Positions 45,201 to 55,731 of a stretch of 55,731 nt of DNA are shown here, one piece after another; positions within the stretch are counted from its first letter, which is position 1; each line of letters begins with the position of its first letter. Where the stretch lies: assembly GCA_012862495.1 (NCBI GenBank), contig BLSG01000124.1:21756-77486 (forward strand). The letters are read 5' to 3'. This stretch comes from Thraustochytrium aureum (lineage: Eukaryota). The position numbers and the translations under genes were made by a program. The notes under the pieces are model-generated. The model searched no databases and was not told the DNA's origin. It saw only the letters and a list, made by a program, of their open reading frames with translations.

Positions 45201-46243
45201 CGCACGTTGCGCAAGTAGAGGTTGCGGAGGGATTCGAGGCCCTTCAGGTGCTCGACGCCTGCCATGGTCCGGCAGGAGATGCCGGCGTCAAAGGTCTCGA
45301 GCTTTTTGCACCGCCGCATTTGCGCCGCGTCGAAGCGCTGGACCACGCCGCTCAAGACGAGTGTGCGGAGCTCTTGCGCGCTAACAAGCTTCCAGAACTG
45401 GGAGTCCACGCCGGGGCGTACGCGGACGCCAACAACCTCCCAGCGCGTGAGGCCAGAACTGGACCCAAACCAACGCTCCAGCTCGCCCTGCGACATCGAC
45501 CGCGGAAGCTGGTCAAGGCGGATGCGGCAGCCGCGCATGGCGCGCAGCATCGACCAGCTCGTAGAGCAGAGTGCGACGGCATCTGCAAGGCCGAGATAGC
45601 CCGCAACAGCTTGCACGAGGCCCGGTTCGGCGTGCGCCACGTCCACAATGTGCGTCGCCGGTGCGGGGAACGCGACTGGGGCCGCTTCGACGACGGCGGC
45701 CTCCTCTGGGGCTCGACCGTCGTCGCTGCGAAGAAGCTCGGCAAGCGCGAGGGAGGCCGGTTCGAAGCTGGCACAGAGCAGCATCGGGACGGAGTCGTTT
45801 TTGTCGCTTGACCAGCTGGAGCTGCGTTCGTAAAAGCCGATCATCGCTCCTCGCGACTCGGCCGCCCGTGTGTGATCGTCATCGCTCGCGGCGGGCCCTG
45901 GTTGTGGCTCTGCGGGCTGCTGGGGCGCGAATGCTGCTGCGGGACCATCCATGCTAGCCTCGGCATCCCAAGTCGAGTTGACGCGGTCACTGTAGTTTGT
46001 GCGGGACGAGCTGCTGAGGCGCTTGTTGCCCATGCGGTTGGGTCGCTTTGGCGCGCGGGGGTTGCTGTCCATCGCGCTCTCTTTTGGCGCAACTCGCTCC
46101 CGCGTGGAGACCGAGAGGGCGCGCTTGCGGCCAGCGTTGCGCTGCACCGCTCGTGCCGCTCGTGCCGCTGTGCTTTCCCTCGAAGCGATGGTGGCGGGGC
46201 CGATTGGCGGCGCCGTGCTGCTCTGCTCTGCGTGGTCCTCCAT
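42281..46243 (-). CDS. F-box-like + LRR + armadillo repeats + C-terminal SPRY domain protein (frameshifts near 43110 and 42490)
   Basis: F-box-like LVQAVAGYLGLADAVALCSTSWSM. LRRs such as LTVLDLGGCWRLRDIDAL and LYHLDLTGC. ARM repeats AGALWNLA, AAGALRNLA and AAGTLRSLS. SPRY GKVYYEVEI..IGWA..WSEGDVVCCCADL../FSYGLNG..LVPAIS..VNFGASPFRF. Confidence 0.82.
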
Positions 46244-49200
46244 CGGACGTTGCGCTTGGTCCGTCACGACGACTTGCAAGGCGGAATCCCGACTTTTGCT
46301 GCCAGGCACGCCGATGGGGTTTGCCAAGGGCCGCTTTCTTTCGAGGGCCGTCTTGCTTCTCTGCGTCTGTCGGTCAAAGCGGGCGGATGCCCAGTCGGAG
46401 TCCCTGAATTCAGACGTTGTTCGCGCCTCGAGATGTTCAGGGCGCTCCAGTTCCCTGCCGATGCGACGCTGATCTGCCACACGACGTTCCTCGTCAACAG
46501 GTGCACGTTGCAAGTGTGGCCGTTTGCGATTCCAAGAGGGCTCGCGAGTGGAAGCTTGTGCACGGCTTGACTTTACTTGGATTCGGCGACCTTTGCGAAT
46601 CGGCAAGAGCAGTGCGGTCTGAATGCGCCTGCCAGCCCAGCTCAACAGAGACGCGCGTCTGGTGGTCGAACGGCGCGATTGACGAATTGCGTCTGCGCCC
46701 CTCCGCCGCGAAACCCNNNNNNNNNNNNNNNNNNNNNNNNNNNNNNNNNNNNNNNNNNNNNNNNNNNNNNNNNNNNNNNNNNNNNNNNNNNNNNNNNNNN
46801 NNNNNNNNNNNNNNNNNNNNNNNNNNNNNNNNNNNNNNNNNNNNNNNNNNNNNNNNNNNNNNNNNNNNNNNNNNNNNNNNNNNNNNNNNNNNNNNNNNNN
46901 NNNNNNNNNNNNNNNNNNNNNNNNNNNNNNNNNNNNNNNNNNNNNNNNNNNNNNNNNNNNNNNNNNNNNNNNNNNNNNNNNNNNNNNNNNNNNNNNNNNN
47001 NNNNNNNNNNNNNNNNNNNNNNNNNNNNNNNNNNNNNNNNNNNNNNNNNNNNNNNNNNNNNNNNNNNNNNNNNNNNNNNNNNNNNNNNNNNNNNNNNNNN
47101 NNNNNNNNNNNNNNNNNNNNNNNNNNNNNNNNNNNNNNNNNNNNNNNNNNNNNNNNNNNNNNNNNNNNNNNNNNNNNNNNNNNNNNNNNNNNNNNNNNNN
47201 NNNNNNNNNNNNNNNNNNNNNNNNNNNNNNNNNNNNNNNNNNNNNNNNNNNNNNNNNNNNNNNNNNNNNNNNNNNNNNNNNNNNNNNNNNNNNNNNNNNN
47301 NNNNNNNNNNNNNNNNNNNNNNNNNNNNNNNNNNNNNNNNNCCGTTCAAGGGCGGCACGGCTTAGTTTCTCCGTCTTCTGGCAGGGTCGCGAGGGGTGCC
47401 ACGCGCGACTACAGCACTCGGCTCGTTCTCGTTGGGCCGCTTGTTGGGCCGCTTGGAGCTGTCAAAAACCACAACTGCTTCTGGCAAGCGTCCCGCGGCC
47501 TCCAGTCCTGCCTGCCTGGGCAGCTGGCGGGTGGGTGCTCACGACAGAGTGGGTACGCTTGCGACAAGTGCTTGGCGAGGGAGAGCCGTCGCAGGCGCGA
47601 GCCTTTCAGCCCCGTGCCATGCCAGGAACGAACGGTGTCCTGTGCTGGCAGCCCACGGCGCTGATCAACACTTTCCCAGGCGGGGGCGTCGAAAGTGCTG
47701 GAGTCAACGGAGCGCAGAAAACCTAACGGGCGAATGCGAACACCTGCGGGCTGAAGCGGCCAGCAGGCAGGCAGGCAGCGCGCAGTGTTTTCGGTTTTTT
47801 TGTAGCTCGCGGCGTCCCGCCCGGCAACGGCGAGACTGCTCGATGTAGGCCTACTTGCCATGGGGACCCGACTTTTGGTCGAGCTGGAAGAGGCTGCGGC
47901 GGCTGCGACGCGTCCCAAACGACCGTTCCAGCGCCCGACAAACTCGCGCTCGCTCGTGTTGCGGTGCTCGTGCGTCGCAGCGTTTTGCTTGGCTTCAGCG
48001 AGTCATCGTCGGCAGCAAGACGAGAAAAAAAAACAACGGGTTCCACGACCCAAAAGTCACCGTGCTGCCGGTGTCTGGTCCTTCAAACGTTTTGCGCCCG
48101 CTGCAAGTGCCAACTGGGGTGTGACCTGCCCTGCCGGCTCTCGGCCCCGGGGCGTTGCGTACGAGTCCGACGCGTGGGCGACCTGTCTGCAGTGTGTTCT
48201 GCCTTGGTCAACAGCGCGTCCAAGGCTTTGGCCGAGTCCGCCTCGTACTCGAGGAGGATCCGACCGCCTGGACCCAATTCTCGTGGGTTGCGGTGCATCG
48301 AGTATGCTGGCGTACCTGTAGGGCAGCACTTTTGACCGCCGACCAGATTCCGCAACATGTTGAGCCCTCCGTGCCCAATCAGGCAGCTTCGTCCTCGCTC
48401 GTCCTGCCAAGGACTCGGAGGTCCTGGAACGCCAAGGGGCAAGAAAGAGTCGTCGCACCTCAACGGGATAGAGTCGTCGCACGTCAACGGGACGCTTCAT
48501 CAAGGTAGATTTCATTTTCGTGTGAGTACTCTACCTTACCCTGCTTACACAAGTAAACCAGCTACCGAGCGAGAGATTGACCCATAGACTCGAGTCCTTG
48601 CACGGGCAGGTGCTGCTGTGCTGCGCTGCCCTGGGCCACGCTGCCCGCGACGTGCGACGGCTGTCGGTCGGATTCGACCGCATCACGGACAAACCGGCCC
48701 AACTCTAATCCTCCGTAGGCCCTGAGCAGCCAGGCTCTTGAAAACCTGCCCGAAGTGCGCACCACTCGCCGGCTCTCCAAAACCCTGTTGAAATAGCACC
48801 AACCAACCCTGGTCGAGCGATAGCCTCGAGCTCATCGCAGGATTGGCGTCGCGGGGAAAGCAGAGCGGGAATTTGTGTCAACGAATTGCGGCGTGGGCTT
48901 GAGCGTTTTGCGCTCGTCAGAGTCGCTTGGGGGCTCTCCTATCGCCTATCCAGCGAGCCCATGGTCCAACCGCCCGCGAGACAGTCGACCGACCGCCTAT
49001 GGCTCCAGAAAACGCACAAAACCGCAGCGCGCGACAGTTGCGGCGCTTGGTTGCAGCGCAATTGACGAGGAAATAGGTACACCCTTCCTTCCTTTCGTGC
49101 ATCGAGGCGAGCGCGTGAACGAGTGCCTTCCTTGAGAGCAAGGCTCGCCTTGGGCTCATGTTGGGCAACGGCGCTTTCCCTCGCTCGCTTGCTCGCTTGC

Positions 49201-50481
49201 TCGAATGACGGACGCCTACATCCCTGGTGCAGCCACCGAAAAACGGCACGCCCAGCCGTGCGCCCCAATCGTTCGAGGACGTCTCGCAGCAAGAAGAGGG
49301 TGACCCCGTTCTTGCTGGGCACCGTGGGACAGCAAGCCCCGCTCAGGGCCTGCACCTGCGAGAATCGCAGCCGCTCACTCGTCGTCTATCGTACACCATC
49401 CCCGTCAGAGCCTCGCGCCTCAAGAGCCCAACGGAGCCCGCGAGAGCCGCTCCAGCACCACAAACCAACGAGCAAACCGTCTCTCTTGGCGTTGTGCGAC
49501 AGGTCCGGGGCGGTGCGCACTTTTGCGTTTCGGCGCGGGTCGGTCGGGCGAGGCTGCGGTTTGGCCTTGAATGCTGCGGACGCTCGGAGCGAGGCCGCTG
49601 GAAGAGCGCCGGTGCGAAGCGCTTGCCCGGCGGGGAATTCGCCGCTGGCTGGCACCCGCCCGTTTTCGCCACAGAGGGACGCACTCACTTGCGCTGTTTT
49701 CGACGAACGGGTCGCGCGGTGTGCGCAACAACAGCCTGCTCGCTCGGTTTCGGACGGGCGGCCGGGCGGGCATGGCTGCGAAGCCCTCGGCAGCTCGGCT
49801 CCCCGATAACTCGATGCGGGGTCGACGCCGCCTGTCGTCGAAGCAAGCGGGCCCAAGACCTCTTTCGATGCAGAAGTGTGCAGTTGCTGCAATCTGCGTT
49901 TCTGCCCTTGCAACTCTGGCAGGATCGTGCGAATTCGTGAAGCTGCCTGAAGCGGCCTGTGGCGGTAAGCACAGTGGCTGCAGCAGAAGGATCGATCCAC
50001 TGATGGCGCGAGCGTGGCGCCACGCCAACCCTGCGCGCTTCTCACTCGGCCATTTATTGCGTGCAGCCACGCTGTACCGCTCCAGAGCTCACCGACCGAG
50101 AGGACAATTTGGAATGCCTTCCTCCCGCGAGCCCTTGATGAGAAGATGGTGCGCCACGGTGCGAACAAGTTGTTGCCCAGCCCGACGGACTTTCGCGGAT
50201 CGCCGGCAAAGGGAGGCTCTCGTTCTCGCTGCTGTGACGATCGCCAATCGCACGGGCGCCTGTCGATTTCGTTTCACAAGGGCCTTCGCGGTCCCTTTTA
50301 GATTCGAGCTGGTGCGCGAGCTCGCCAGCTTGGGGCCCGCGCCGCGCGAGTTTCGGAACACGGAGTCTCCCGTGCTGGTAGGGTTTCGGACCGAGGTAAG
50401 AAACAAGGTGTGGCATTGCGGGGGGTCGAGATTACCTTCGGTGGTCGGCGGCTTCTGTTTTGTTTCGCAACTCTAGCTCTA

Positions 50482-53112
50482 CTAGAGCCTTGCGCGCGTT
50501 CGCGCCTGGCCGTTGAATAGCTCACGTGGGAACGAAGCGTGCCCGGCGCCCGGACAGCTTGAACGCCGCGGCGGCCGGAGAGCCGCAAGCAGCAGAACGA
50601 GGAGAACAAACCCTAGCACAAGCGCCCTCGACGACGAGCGCGGCTTACTCTGTGCAGCATGCGTCATTTGAGGCAGCGGGTTGGTATTCATTCCCACATT
50701 TCGTCGCGACGGGTTGAGCTTGGCCACTAGCTCAGCCCGCGCCGCCTGCGCCTTGCCGAGCGCAACAGCCTTGGCCTCGAGCTTTGCTTCCAGCTGCGCG
50801 ACGCGATCTTCGGCGTCTCGGGCCTGCTTCTCGGCCTCTGCGATGGCCTTGGTCGCGCTTTCCGCCTGCTCCCAAGACGTGCGATCAGCCTCCTTTTTCA
50901 GCTCTTGCAGGCGCTCCTCCGCGCCAGCTTTGGCGATTCGGACCTCATCCAGCTCGCCCTCGAGCTCGGCCACTCGCTCTCGGAGAGCACCGCTCGTCGC
51001 GTTTGCAGCCTCCAGCGCTGCTCCTTGCTTCGTAGCCTGGTCCTTGAGCTCGCCCTCGCGCTCTTCGGCGACGCGTTGAACTTTGCCGAGTTTCTCTTCC
51101 GTGGCCTTTTGGCTCAACTCAGCAAGACTGCGCGCCGCTAGGGCCTCTTCCAGCTCGCTGCGGGCTTGAGAGAGCTTCGCGTCGCTTTCGATCTCAATCG
51201 AGCTTGCGCGAGACCGTGCTTGGACGACGTGCACACCAGTTTCCTCGCGCACAAGCTCCAGCTCCAGCTTGTGTTGGGCCCGCAGGTCAAGCGCGGCTTG
51301 CTCGGAGGCAGCGGCGGCCTCCTCGAGCTCCTTGCGCAGCTTGGAAGCTTCGCTGCTCAGCTTGTCTGCCCTCTCCTTTGCCACTTGCAGCTCCTCGTCC
51401 GCCTTGACCCGGGCTTCCGCGTGACGGGAGCGCTCGTGCTGCAAGCGCCTTCGCAGACCTCGCGCGCCTTAATGGCAGTGTCTCGCTCGTCCTTCAACGA
51501 GGTGATATAGTCCTCGAGCTGCTTTGACGNNNNNNNNNNNNNNNNNNNNNNNNNNNNNNNNNNNNNNNNNNNNNNNNNNNNNNNNNNNNNNNNNNNNNNN
51601 NNNNNNNNNNNNNNNNNNNNNNNNNNNNNNNNNNNNNNNNNNNNNNNNNNNNNNNNNNNNNNNNNNNNNNNNNNNNNNNNNNNNNNNNNNNNNNNNNNNN
51701 NNNNNNNNNCGAGGTGATATAGTCCTCGAGCTGCTTTGACGACTTCTCGAGCTCGACGCACCGGCTCTCGGCTGCTGCCCTCGCAGCGTCAGCCTGGTCG
51801 ACTTTCTCGCGGAGGCGGTCGGCCTCCAATGCGGCTTCCGCGATGAGCTCCGCCACCTTGCGCCCGCCCTCCGCGATTTGGGAAGCGAGCTTGTTGTTGA
51901 GCTCGGCGATTTCCTCCGTCGCTGCTTGGAGCTGGTCTTCCATTTCGGTCACTCTGGCATCGTGCTCCTCGCGAGTGTCGAGCAGCTCTTGCTTGTGGTT
52001 CTCTTCGCGCCGCTTCTGCTCGGCGGTCATGTCTTTGATCTCCTGGAGAAGGTCGTTGTTCTTCCGCTCGAGGTCGCCCTTGCGAAGGCTCAGCTGGCGA
52101 GCCAGGTCCTCCACCTGTTCTTCGAGCTGCGAGATGTGCCGCTTTGTGTCGCCTTCATGCCTGGAGAGCGCCTGCGCAGCCTCCGCCTTGCTGTGCGTGA
52201 GCTGCTCAACGTCTGCCCTGGCGGCTTCGTAGAGTCGCGTTAGCTCCTTCACTTTATTTTCGGCCTTGTTCTTTTCGCGCTGCAGAACCTCGATGTTGTC
52301 CTGCGCGTCGTCCAGCTCCCCTCTGGTCTCGTTGAGCTCCATGATTTTGCTCTCGAGGGACTTGTTGTTTTCGACAACTTGCTCTCGTTCAGCTCGCAGT
52401 CTTCTCGGAGGGCCTGGAGCTCGTCGAATAACTCGCTCTCGCGCAGTTTGAAGGCCTGCTCCAGCTTGACACGCTCGTCGGCGGTCATCTCGAGCTTGGT
52501 CTGCAGATGATCCCGCTCCAAGTTCAGGCTCTCGAGTTTGAACTCGAGCGACATTGCGTGGCTCATCGAGTTTTCTGGGCTGCCGCTCCCAAGCCCATAT
52601 GCGGCGCCAGATCCAAACCCTCTCTCGCTGTTGGCAGAGGAAAACGAGCCTCGAACGCGCCCAGAGCGTCCAGATCGAACGCTTCCACTTGCGCCACGCC
52701 TTTGCGGGTCCGTGTCGAGCGTGGACACCATCCCGTTCGGGTCACCTCGCACGGGCGTGCCCCAATTCGGGCTCATGGCGCCCAGGTCTCCGGGGCTGAA
52801 AAGGGCGTCTTGGGCGGAAATCTCCCCCACGGAAGTGACCGAGCTCGACGAGGACGCGCGTCGCTCGCCCGAGTGGCTTGACAAGCGCATCGCGCGCGAT
52901 TGGGCGCTTGCGAGGTCCCGTTGCTTGTCTTGCAACGTGCGTCCGCGCTCGCTCCCGTCGTCGCGGAATGCCTCGTCCTTGCCTTTGGTACTCTCGGGCA
53001 GCACGTTCGGCTGGCGGTTTCCCAGGTTGTGCAGCAACTCGCTGACGTCCCCGAGGGGTTCCTTCCGCCGCACGTTTCCGTGGCCCCCGCCTTGCCGAGG
53101 CGTCAAGTCCAT
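50482..53112 (-). CDS. Long coiled-coil protein with C-terminal transmembrane anchor (frameshifts and N gap)
   Basis: Start MDLTPRQ.., a Ser-rich head and a long E/K/Q/L heptad region across ORFs 52249-54111, 51494-52342 and 50482-51444. TM ALVLGFVLLVLLLAAL lies near the C-terminus. Confidence 0.72.
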
Positions 53113-55334
53113 CACCGTCAGCAGCGTCACCGACCTGCGTGGCTCCCGCCCGAAGCCTCTGCTTGTGCCTGTGCTTGTGCCTGTGCTATCCCGCCGCGCG
53201 CGCGACCTTCTCCGCGGCAGGGACGAAAGCGAGCAAACAAGAGCCCTGGGCCTTGTGATCCGTCGTCGCCTTGGAGGCCTCCAACGCCCGGACCTGCGAC
53301 GCGCAGCAAGCCCACCAGCAGACGCACACAGCGGCCCAAGCAAAGTGTCCAAGGCACTGCCAACCACGAGATCGGCCGCGGTCGTGTCAAGGGCTCGTGC
53401 CCAACCAGCCAGCCACTGGCGCTTGGCGTGTTCGTTGCTCAACTGTCTGCCAGAATCCATCCAACAACCGACCGAAAAATGGGACACGATGTTCGAGTTG
53501 GACGAGTTTTTNNNNNNNNNNNNNNNNNNNNNNNNNNNNNNNNNNNNNNNNNNNNNNNNNNNNNNNNNNNNNNNNNNNNNNNNNNNNNNNNNNNNNNNNN
53601 NNNNNNNNNNNNNNNNNNNNNNNNNNNNNNNNNNNNNNNNNNNNNNNNNNNNNNNNNNNNNNNNNNNNNNNNNNNNNNNNNNNNNNNNNNNNNNNNNNNN
53701 NNNNNNNNNNNNNNNNNNNNNNNNNNNNNNNNNNNNNNNNNNNNNNNNNNNTTCGAGTTGGACGAGTTTTTTGCCATCAGCTCGTGCGGCCCTTGGCGCC
53801 TCGCGAAGCTCGCCAGGGCTTGCCCTGGCGAGGGAGGGCCTGACCGCGCCGAGGTCGAGGCTGACCAGGAGTGCCGCCGCTCTGCGCGCCCGACTGGTGT
53901 TTGACTTGCATTTGCAACAGTTTTTGCACCGGGGGCTCGAGCTGCGCTGCGCGCCTTGTGACACGTTGCGAGGCTCGCCCGGGCTTGCCCGGCAAGGGCC
54001 CATCCGCGACAAGGTCGTACGTGCTCCAACAGGAGCAGGTGGCGGGCAGGTACTCCCAAACTCGAGCACGACTTCAGTCTCTCGTGATCGTGCCGAGCCG
54101 TTCGAAATCACTGAATGTCAAGGCTGCAGGTTGACACAAGCGCGCTCTGGTGCCATGCGACCAGCTGGCGCGCGGGACGGCCCGGTGCTCGAGGGGTTGG
54201 TGCAGTGGCGGGCACTCCTTGACGGTTGTCTGAACACAAGCGCTAGAGCTAGATTTTCAAGGACGGAGCGGGTCAGAGCAGACAGACCACGAGTTGGAGA
54301 TCGAGAACAGGTTTCTCCATGTCGGGCATGTGGTGGCCGTTCCAGCCAGCCCGAATCACGGCGCACCGGCCTCCTGCGGGCGCGCAAACGACCGGGAAGT
54401 CGATCGAGTTTCGAAAGACCGATCGATCGGCTCCGCGGCAAGGTGCAGGCTCCGGTGGAACGGGAGCCGGAGCAGGTCCTGTAGGTCAGCACGTCTCCGT
54501 CGATGGGGTTTGGGTTGGTGCAGGCGGCGCTGAGCGCTGGGACGGTTTGCGCGCCAGCCGCGCGAAACAGTCGCATGCACCCGCCGCCTTGCAGCGATTG
54601 GCAGTGGGCTTCGAGACCTGGCTGGGTCCGGGACTCTGGCGTTTACGTGCTGGGTGGCCAATGTGGAGCCTGGCAAGGTTCAGGCCAGCGTCCAGCGCCG
54701 AGCGCACGTGCCGAGGTGGCGGTGAGGAAATGATGAGACACAGACGCCGTTTCGGAGCGTTGCGTCGGCAACTCACCTCGCCAACTCGACTCTCACCACG
54801 AATTGCACCGCTTGATTGCCATCCCGCTGTCGCTCCTCGTTCAGCCTCGACGTGGCGCTCTACGCAACCAGGCTGGACCACGGAAGGCCACGCATAGGGC
54901 AGCTCCATGAAACGGTTTGACTGAAGAGGCGTTTACCCATTGATGAGAGATGGAGGATGGAAGGAGGTAGGCGGAGCAAGTACCGGTACGGGTACTGGAT
55001 CAGGCAATCGAGTCGGGTCGACTATGCTGGTGCTTGCCTCCCGCCCGCGCCAGAGAGGAGGAGGGAATAGCTCGGGAGCCTACTCGTGATCAAAGCACCC
55101 TGCCTCGCTTGGCCTGCACCGTTCGCCGTCGTCTTCGGCGCCCTGCGGACGAAGATGGATCGAGCGAGCAGAGCTGCACTGTGCAACTGCAGCGGCATTC
55201 GAATGCCAAGCGCCTTCCAAGCGCATGAGTTGCCCAGACCCGCAACGAAAGCAGTCCCGAAACCGAAGCAACAGATCGATAGAACCAGGCAAGCAAGTGC
55301 GCCGCACTCCAGCAGAGTGCATCACAGATCAAGA

Positions 55335-55731
55335 ATGAACCGGTTAGCCCGAACTGCGGCGCTGCTGGCCATCGTTGCCGCGCAACTGGTCAGCCCCGCC
55401 CGCGGGCATGGCCACCTTGTGATTCCAAAGCCGCGCAATGTTTTGCACAGCGCGGGCAGCAAAGGACCAGGCAATGCCCAGTCCATGAGCGGCGGCGGAA
55501 CGGTGATTGAGCGCGTCCAAGGTCACGGGCTCTGCGGGGACATAGCTACCCGCCGCGAGTTCATGGCGCCCAACGCTTACGGCCCCGTTCTCGGCCCGCA
55601 AGCGACCTACATCCAGGGCCAGGAGTTCGACATTGTCGTGCGCATCACAGCACACCATTGGGGCTGGTTTGAGCTCCGCCTTTGCCGCCCTGCGGACGGC
55701 GGCGCGGATCGAACACTACCCATCACGCAAG
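55335..55731 (+). CDS. Secreted lytic polysaccharide monooxygenase, AA15-like (partial, runs off the window; absent from the ORF track)
   Basis: MNRLARTAALLAIVAAQLVSPARG|HGHLVIPKPRN..GHGLCGD..ATYIQGQEFDIVVRITAHHWGWFELRLC. The signal peptide is followed by His1 (55407), and the second brace His lies in the TAxHxG motif. Confidence 0.9.
   Translation, partial: MNRLARTAALLAIVAAQLVSPARGHGHLVIPKPRNVLHSAGSKGPGNAQSMSGGGTVIERVQGHGLCGDIATRREFMAPNAYGPVLGPQATYIQGQEFDIVVRITAHHWGWFELRLCRPADGGADRTLPITQ

Noticed and set aside
41407..46243. Split SARM1-like (ARM + TIR) system
   Set aside because: The genes are on opposite strands, there is no SAM domain, and the TIR lacks the catalytic Glu.
46711..47341. 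Interstitial telomere-like repeats suggested by AAACCC/GGGTT at the edges of N runs (also 2591 and 9281)
   Set aside because: Only 5-6 nt are visible and the masked content cannot be read.
53752..55300. Possible minus-strand gene upstream of the coiled-coil gene
   Set aside because: Fragmentary ORFs with no recognisable motif, interrupted by an N gap. Not supportable.

Overview
Gene-dense, GC-rich, nearly intron-free eukaryotic (protist) genomic DNA. The gene style suggests a stramenopile such as a labyrinthulomycete, but that is inference only. The window has many N runs and about 20 single-base frameshifts inside otherwise intact genes, which look like long-read consensus errors. About 21 protein genes can be read: a multi-EF-hand protein, an FN2/mucin/XK-like receptor, an unknown membrane protein, TAF8, a HIT-family hydrolase, type II pantothenate kinase, a SAM-methyltransferase with CCCH and CCHC fingers, syntaxin-5, a mitochondrial carrier, a PHO80/P-type cyclin, an EDEM GH47 mannosidase, a TSNAXIP1-like EF-hand protein, a C2H2-like protein, an NADPH oxidase, a LETM1-like protein, a dually acylated low-complexity protein, an MFS sugar porter, a His-rich protein, a TM-TIR protein, an F-box-like/LRR/ARM/SPRY protein, a tail-anchored coiled-coil protein and an AA15-like LPMO. 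There is one tRNA-Val(CAC). The standout is the NADPH oxidase at 30398-33300. It appears to be a single chain carrying WW, SH3, a Pro-rich SH3-ligand motif, a p22phox-like membrane module and the full NOX catalytic core, so oxidase subunits that are separate proteins in animals would be fused into one polypeptide. Non-coding signals include dense CGTCA/TGACG clusters in divergent promoters, TTGATTGA elements downstream of stop codons and a 43-bp AT-rich minisatellite.
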